A stretch of DNA of 32,281 nt from a virus (Duplodnaviria; Heunggongvirae; Uroviricota; Caudoviricetes). This document shows, in pieces, positions 26,882-32,281 of the stretch. The notes beneath the pieces are model-generated. The model was given only the letters and a program-made list of their open reading frames with translations, did not search any database and was not told the DNA's origin. Position numbers and translations under genes: made by a program. Each line of letters opens with the position of its first letter. The first letter of the stretch is position 1. Location of the stretch: IMG/VR virus record IMGVR_UViG_2547132488_000023, positions 1 through 32,281 of that record. One strand, given 5' to 3'.

Positions 26882-27400
26882 ATGGCAATGCCGCGCAAAC
26901 TCAAGTTAATGAACGTCTTTCTGAACGGCTACAGCTATCAGGGCGTCGCGAAGTCCGTCACGCTACCAAAACTGACCCGTAAGCTCGAAAACTATCGCGG
27001 TGCGGGGATGAACGGCAGCGCACCGGTAGACCTCGGCCTTGATGACGATGCGCTGTCAATGGAGTGGTCGCTCGGTGGCTTCCCGGATTCGGTTATCTGG
27101 GAGCTTTACGCCGCAACCGGTGTGGATGCCGTACCGATTCGTTTTGCAGGCTCTTACCAGCGCGACGATACCGGCGAAACGGTGGCCGTCGAGGTGGTCA
27201 TGCGTGGACGTCAGAAAGAAATCGACACCGGCGAGGGCAAACAGGGAGAAGACACCGAGTCGAAAATCTCCGTGGTCTGCACCTATTTCCGGCTGACTAT
27301 GGACGGTAAGGAGCTGGTCGAAATCGACACCATCAACATGATTGAGAAGGTGAATGGCGTCGACCGGCTGGAGCAACACCGCCGCAATATCGGCCTGTGA
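26882..27400 (+). CDS. FII: Tail tube protein FII
   Basis: 172 aa, matches P2 FII. Confidence 0.9.
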   Translation: MAMPRKLKLMNVFLNGYSYQGVAKSVTLPKLTRKLENYRGAGMNGSAPVDLGLDDDALSMEWSLGGFPDSVIWELYAATGVDAVPIRFAGSYQRDDTGETVAVEVVMRGRQKEIDTGEGKQGEDTESKISVVCTYFRLTMDGKELVEIDTINMIEKVNGVDRLEQHRRNIGL

Positions 27401-27456
27401 TTTTCATCCGGTCAGCCAGGCTGACCGGTTAACCCTGATTCAGAAGTGAGAAAACC

Positions 27457-27732
27457 ATGAACAAAGAAAATGTGATTACCCTGGACAATCCGGTCAAGCG
27501 TGGTGAGCAGGTCATCGAACAGGTCACGCTGATGAAACCCAATGCCGGGACGCTGCGCGGTGTCAGTCTGGCTGCGGTCGCGAACTCCGAAGTCGATGCA
27601 CTGATTAAGGTGCTGCCGCGCATGACGGCACCGATGCTGACCGAGCAGGAAGTCGCCGCGCTGGAACTGCCTGACCTTGTGGCGCTGGCCGGTAAGGTGG
27701 TCGGTTTTTTGTCGCCGAACTCGGTGCGGTAA
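27457..27732 (+). CDS. E: Tail assembly chaperone E
   Basis: 91 aa ending VVGFLSPNSVR; contains slippery run near 3' end. Confidence 0.8.
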   Translation: MNKENVITLDNPVKRGEQVIEQVTLMKPNAGTLRGVSLAAVANSEVDALIKVLPRMTAPMLTEQEVAALELPDLVALAGKVVGFLSPNSVR

Positions 27733-27884
27733 CGTTCCCGAAAAATCTGTCGGTCGATGACCTGATGGCGGATGTGGCAGTGATATTTCACTGGCCGCCA
27801 TCAGAACTGTATCCCATGAGCCTGACCGAACTCATCACATGGCGCGAAAAGGCGCTCCGGCGAAGCGGAAACACGAATGAGTAA
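27457..27884 (+). CDS. Tail assembly chaperone E+E' (programmed -1 frameshift product)
   Basis: Slippery heptamer T-TTT-TTG at 27705-27711; the -1 frame stays open to TAA at 27882-27884, overlapping the T start, as in P2 E/E'. Confidence 0.65.
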
Positions 27885-30324
27885 CAATGTAAAATTACAG
27901 GTATTGCTCAGGGCTGTTGACCAGGCATCCCGCCCGTTTAAATCCATCCGTACAGCGAGTAAGTCGCTGTCGGGGGATATCCGGGAAACACAAAAATCAC
28001 TGCGCGAGCTGAACGGTCACGCATCCCGTATTGAGGGATTTCGCAAGACCAGTGCACAGCTCGCCGTGACTGGTCATGCACTTGAAAAGGCACGGCAGGA
28101 GGCCGAAGCCCTTGCCACGCAGTTTAAAAATACCGAACGTCCGACCCGTGCTCAGGCGAAAGTGCTGGAATCCGCAAAGCGTGCGGCGGAGGACTTACAG
28201 GCGAAATATAACCGCCTGACAGATTCCGTTAAACGCCAGCAGCGGGAACTGGCCGCTGTGGAAATTAATACCCGCAATCTTGCACATGATGAGCAGGGAC
28301 TGAAAAACCGTATCAGTGAAACCACCGCACAGCTTAACCGGCAGCGTGACGCGCTGGCGCGTGTCAGTGCGCAACAGGCAAAACTTAATGCAGTAAAACA
28401 ACGTTATCAGGCTGGAAAGGAACTGGCCGGAAATATGGCCTCAGTGGCCGCTGCCGGTGTGGGGATTGCTGCTGCGGGAACGATGGCCGGAGTTAAGTTG
28501 CTGATGCCCGGTTATGAGTTTGCGCAGAAAAACTCAGAATTGCAGGCCGTGCTCGGTGTGGCAAAAGACTCCGCCGAAATGACCGCACTCCGCAAACAGG
28601 CGCGCCAGCTCGGCGACAACACCGCCGCCTCAGCGGATGATGCGGCTGGTGCGCAGATTATCATTGCGAAAGCGGGTGGAGATGCTGCGGCTATTCAGGC
28701 GGCAACGCCGGTCACACTGAATATGGCACTGGCGAATCAGCGGTCGATGGAAGAAAACGCGCAACTGTTGCTGGGGACTAAGGCATCCTTTCAACTGTCA
28801 AATGATGATGTCAGCCATGTGGGCGACGTGTTGTCGGCAACGATGAATAAGTCGGCGGCTGATTTTCAGGGACTCAGTGATGCACTGACTTACCTCGGTC
28901 CGGTTGCTAGGACGGCAGGTGTAAGTCTTGAACAGGCAGCGGCCATGACAGGTGTGCTGCATGACAATAACATCAGGGGGTCAATGGCGGGGACGGGGAG
29001 CAGTGCCGTTGTCACCCGATTACAGGCACCGACTGGAAAAGCATGGGATGCACTCAAAGAGCTTGGCGTTAAAACCTCGGACAAAAAGGGAAATATGCGT
29101 CCGTTGTTCACCATTCTGAAAGAGATTCAGGCCAGCTTTGATAAACACAAGCTGGGAACGTCTCAGAAGGGGGAATACCTTAAAACCATTTTTGGTGAGG
29201 AAGCCCTGAAATCAGCGAACGTTTTACTGGCAGCGGCAGCAAGCGGAAAACTGGATAAGCTGACCGCCACGCTGAAAGCCTCGGACGGTAAAACGGAAGA
29301 GCTGGTTAAAATCATGCAGGATAACCTCGGCGGTGACTTTAAGGAGTTTCAGTCTGCTTATGAGGCGGTGGGGACTGACCTGTTTAACCAGCAGGAAGGC
29401 GCACTGCGTAATCTCACACAGACGGCAACAAAGTATGTGTTAAAACTCGATGGCTGGATCCAGAAAAACAAATCACTGGCGTCAACCATCGGCCTCATTG
29501 CCGGTGGCGCACTGGCGCTTACTGGCATCATCGGTGCAATTGGTCTTGTCGCCTGGCCGGTTATCACCGGCATCAATGCCATCATCGCGGCAGCAGGCGC
29601 AATGGGTGCAATCTTCACGACGGTTGGCAGTGCCGTTATGACGGCCATCGGGGCGATTAGCTGGCCGGTAGTGGCCGTGGTGGCTGCCATTGTCGCCGGG
29701 GCGTTACTTATCCGTAAATACTGGGAGCCTGTCAGCGCATTTTTTGGCGGTGTGGTTGAAGGGCTGAAAGCGGCATTTGCGCCGGTGGGGGAACTGTTCA
29801 CGCCACTTAAACCGGTGTTTGACTGGCTGGGTGAAAAGTTACAGGCCGCGTGGCAGTGGTTTAAAAACCTGATTGCCCCGGTCAAAGCCACCCGGGACAC
29901 CCTGAACCGTTGCCGTGACACGGGCGTCATGTTCGGGCAGGCACTGGCTGACGCGCTGATGCTGCCGCTTAATGCGTTCAACAAACTGCGCAGTGGTATT
30001 GACTGGGTACTGGAAAAACTCGGTGTCATCAACAAAGAGTCAGACACACTTGACCAGACCGCCGCCAGAACTCAAGCCGCCACGTATGGCAGCGGTGGTT
30101 ATATTCCGGCGACCAGCTCTTATGCAGGTTATCAGGCTTATCAGCCGGTTACGGCACCGGCTGGCCGCTCTTATGTAGACCAGAGTAAAAACGAATATCA
30201 CATCAGCCTGACGGGCGGTACTGCGCCGGGGACACAACTTGATCGCCAGTTACAGGATGCGCTCGAAAAATACGAGCGGGATAAACGTGCGCGTGCCCGT
30301 GCCAGCATGATGCATGACGGTTAA
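27877..30324 (+). CDS. T: Tail tape measure protein T
   Basis: 815 aa, long helical N-terminal half, glycine/alanine-rich hydrophobic stretch (GLIAGGALALTGIIGAIG). Confidence 0.9.
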   Translation: MSNNVKLQVLLRAVDQASRPFKSIRTASKSLSGDIRETQKSLRELNGHASRIEGFRKTSAQLAVTGHALEKARQEAEALATQFKNTERPTRAQAKVLESAKRAAEDLQAKYNRLTDSVKRQQRELAAVEINTRNLAHDEQGLKNRISETTAQLNRQRDALARVSAQQAKLNAVKQRYQAGKELAGNMASVAAAGVGIAAAGTMAGVKLLMPGYEFAQKNSELQAVLGVAKDSAEMTALRKQARQLGDNTAASADDAAGAQIIIAKAGGDAAAIQAATPVTLNMALANQRSMEENAQLLLGTKASFQLSNDDVSHVGDVLSATMNKSAADFQGLSDALTYLGPVARTAGVSLEQAAAMTGVLHDNNIRGSMAGTGSSAVVTRLQAPTGKAWDALKELGVKTSDKKGNMRPLFTILKEIQASFDKHKLGTSQKGEYLKTIFGEEALKSANVLLAAAASGKLDKLTATLKASDGKTEELVKIMQDNLGGDFKEFQSAYEAVGTDLFNQQEGALRNLTQTATKYVLKLDGWIQKNKSLASTIGLIAGGALALTGIIGAIGLVAWPVITGINAIIAAAGAMGAIFTTVGSAVMTAIGAISWPVVAVVAAIVAGALLIRKYWEPVSAFFGGVVEGLKAAFAPVGELFTPLKPVFDWLGEKLQAAWQWFKNLIAPVKATRDTLNRCRDTGVMFGQALADALMLPLNAFNKLRSGIDWVLEKLGVINKESDTLDQTAARTQAATYGSGGYIPATSSYAGYQAYQPVTAPAGRSYVDQSKNEYHISLTGGTAPGTQLDRQLQDALEKYERDKRARARASMMHDG

Positions 30325-30338
30325 GGAGGTGACGAAAA

Positions 30339-30818
30339 ATGATGCTCGCGTTAGGTATGTTTGTTTTTATGCGCCAGACGCTGCCACACCAGACCATGCA
30401 GCGTGAATCAGATTATCGCTGGCCGTCAAATTCCCGTATCGGTAAACGGGATGCCTACCAGTTTCTCGGTGTGGGTGAGGAAAACATCACGCTTGCCGGT
30501 GTGCTTTATCCCGAACTGACCGGCGGCAAGCTGACGATGGCCACGCTCAGGCTGATGGCAGAGGAAGGCCGGGCGTGGCCGTTGCTGGATGGCACCGGCA
30601 TGATTTACGGCATGTATGTCATCAGCAGGGTGAGTGAAACAGGGAGTATTTTCTTTGCAGACGGCACACCCCGGAAAATTGATTTTACGCTGTCGCTCAC
30701 CCGCGTTGATGAATCACTGGCCGCGCTTTATGGCGATATCGGTAAACAGGCGGAATCGCTCATCGGTAAGGCTGGCAGTATGGCGACTAAATTCACGGAT
30801 ATGACGGGGGCGGGATAA
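30339..30818 (+). CDS. U: Tail protein U
   Basis: 159 aa in conserved position. Confidence 0.8.
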   Translation: MMLALGMFVFMRQTLPHQTMQRESDYRWPSNSRIGKRDAYQFLGVGEENITLAGVLYPELTGGKLTMATLRLMAEEGRAWPLLDGTGMIYGMYVISRVSETGSIFFADGTPRKIDFTLSLTRVDESLAALYGDIGKQAESLIGKAGSMATKFTDMTGAG

Positions 30819-31981
30819 TGCTGGATGCACTGACATTTGATGCAGGCAGTACGCTGACGCCGGATTACATGCTGATGCTCGACAGCAGGGATATTACCGG
30901 CAATATCAGCGACCGTCTGATGAGCATGACCCTGACGGATAACCGGGGCTTTGAGGCTGACCAGCTTGATATTGAACTGAACGATGCCGACGGGCAGGTC
31001 GGGCTGCCGGTTCGTGGCGCTGTCCTGACGGTGTATATCGGCTGGGAAGGGTTTGCCCTGGTATGCAAAGGGAAATTTACCGTTGATGAGGTTGAACACC
31101 GGGGCGCACCGGATGTGGTCACCATCCGCGCCCGGAGTGCAGATTTTCGCGGGACGCTCAATTCCCGCCGTGAAGGCTCCTGGCATGACACCACGCTCGG
31201 TGCGATTGTTGAGGCGATAGCCTCCCGTAACAGGCTGGAAGCCAGTGTCGCTCCGTCACTGGCCGGAATTAAAATCCCGCACATCGACCAGTCGCAGGAG
31301 TCTGATGCAAAATTCCTGACCCGTCTTGCAGAACGCAACGGCGGTGAGGTGTCGGTAAAAATGGGAAAACTGCTGTTTCTCAAAGCGGGGCAGGGGGGGA
31401 CGGCCAGCGGTAAAAAAATCCCGCAGATTACCATCACCCGCAGCGACGGCGACCGTCATCATTTTGCGATTGCTGACCGTGGAGCCTATACCGGCGTAAC
31501 GGCAAAGTGGCTTCACACCAAAGACCCGAAGCCACAAAAGCAGAAGGTAAAACTGAAACGCAAAAAGAAAGAAAAACACCTGCGCGCACTGGAACACCCG
31601 AAAGCGAAACCAGTCACGCAGAAGAAAGCGCCAAAAGTACCGGAAGCGCGCGAAGGTGAATACATGGCTGGTGAGGCTGACAATGTTTTTGCCCTGACTA
31701 CGGTATATGCCACAAAAGCGCAGGCCATGCGCGCCGCTCAGGCGAAGTGGGATAAACTGCAACGGGGCGTTGCGGAGTTCTCCATCAGCCTGGCTACCGG
31801 TCGGGCAGATATTTACACGGAAACGCCGGTCAAAGTATCAGGCTTTAAGCGCGTCATAGACGAGCAGGACTGGACAATCACTAAGGTGACACATTTTCTG
31901 AATAATAGCGGCTTCACGACGTCCCTGGAGCTTGAGGTCAGGCTTTCTGATGTGGAGTACGAAACAGAAGATAATGAATGA
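30818..31981 (+). CDS. D: Tail protein D (late gene control/tail hub)
   Basis: 387 aa in conserved position, lysine-rich internal segment. Confidence 0.85.
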   Translation: MLDALTFDAGSTLTPDYMLMLDSRDITGNISDRLMSMTLTDNRGFEADQLDIELNDADGQVGLPVRGAVLTVYIGWEGFALVCKGKFTVDEVEHRGAPDVVTIRARSADFRGTLNSRREGSWHDTTLGAIVEAIASRNRLEASVAPSLAGIKIPHIDQSQESDAKFLTRLAERNGGEVSVKMGKLLFLKAGQGGTASGKKIPQITITRSDGDRHHFAIADRGAYTGVTAKWLHTKDPKPQKQKVKLKRKKKEKHLRALEHPKAKPVTQKKAPKVPEAREGEYMAGEADNVFALTTVYATKAQAMRAAQAKWDKLQRGVAEFSISLATGRADIYTETPVKVSGFKRVIDEQDWTITKVTHFLNNSGFTTSLELEVRLSDVEYETEDNE

Positions 31982-32062
31982 TGTGTTTTATTTATCTGTT
32001 TGTTTTATAAGGATAAATTAACTAAAATGGCACCATCAACAAAACCGGAAGAGGTGCTCGCG

Positions 32063-32281
32063 ATGTTTCATTGTCCTTTATGCCAGCATGCCGCACATGC
32101 GCGTACAAGCCGCTATATCACTGACACGACAAAAGAGCGTTATCACCAGTGTCAGAACGTGAATTGCAGCGCCACGTTTATCACTTATGAGTCGGTACAG
32201 CGATACATCGTGAAGCCGGGAGAAGTCCACGCCGTAAGGCCGCACCCGTTGCCGTCAGGGCAGCAAATTATGTGGATGTAA
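32063..32281 (+). CDS. ogr: Late gene transcriptional activator Ogr (zinc finger)
   Basis: 72 aa MFHCPLCQHAAHARTSRYITDTTKERYHQCQNVNCSATF with CxxC-N22-CxxxxC pattern; GGAAGAGG upstream; looks identical to P2 Ogr as I recall it; stop is the last codon of the window. Confidence 0.88.
   Translation: MFHCPLCQHAAHARTSRYITDTTKERYHQCQNVNCSATFITYESVQRYIVKPGEVHAVRPHPLPSGQQIMWM

Noticed and set aside
29358-30047. 229-aa minus-strand ORF inside the tape measure gene
   Set aside because: Antisense to a long, well-supported structural gene; alanine/serine/proline-rich translation typical of antisense reading of GC-rich coding DNA.
1-32281. Attachment sites (attL/attR) and tRNA integration target
   Set aside because: The window begins and ends exactly at the int and ogr stop codons, so the att cores would lie outside; no tRNA-like sequence was recognisable inside the window.

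Overview
The window is a complete P2-like (Peduovirus-type) temperate prophage in integrated gene order, running from the integrase stop codon (position 1) to the ogr stop codon (position 32281). The early region is int, C repressor, cox-like, orf78, B, orf80-83 and A. The P2 cos 19-mer sits at 9629-9647, followed by the full late region (Q, P, O, N, M, L, X, Y, K, lysA/B/C, R, S, V, W, J, I, H, G, FI, FII, E/E', T, U, D, ogr). Many backbone proteins look nearly identical to my recollection of coliphage P2, so the host is probably E. coli or a close enteric. Three accessory insertions stand out against this backbone. (1) Between A and cos, where P2 carries tin/old, there is an AT-rich three-gene cassette: a 351-aa protein of unrecognised family, an overlapping small HTH controller-like protein, and a divergent C5-cytosine DNA methyltransferase. 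I read this as a C-protein-controlled type II restriction-modification system. (2) Between G and FI, where P2 carries Z/fun, there is one AT-rich antisense gene for a 251-aa membrane-anchored protein of unknown function, flanked by unusually long non-coding DNA. This is my best candidate for an uncharacterised single-gene anti-phage or superinfection-exclusion determinant. (3) A PAPS-reductase-family PP-loop protein is inserted, translationally coupled, between orf83 and A. No tRNA, rRNA, CRISPR array or IS element was seen. All calls rest on reading the supplied translations and sequence by eye, and no database search was run.
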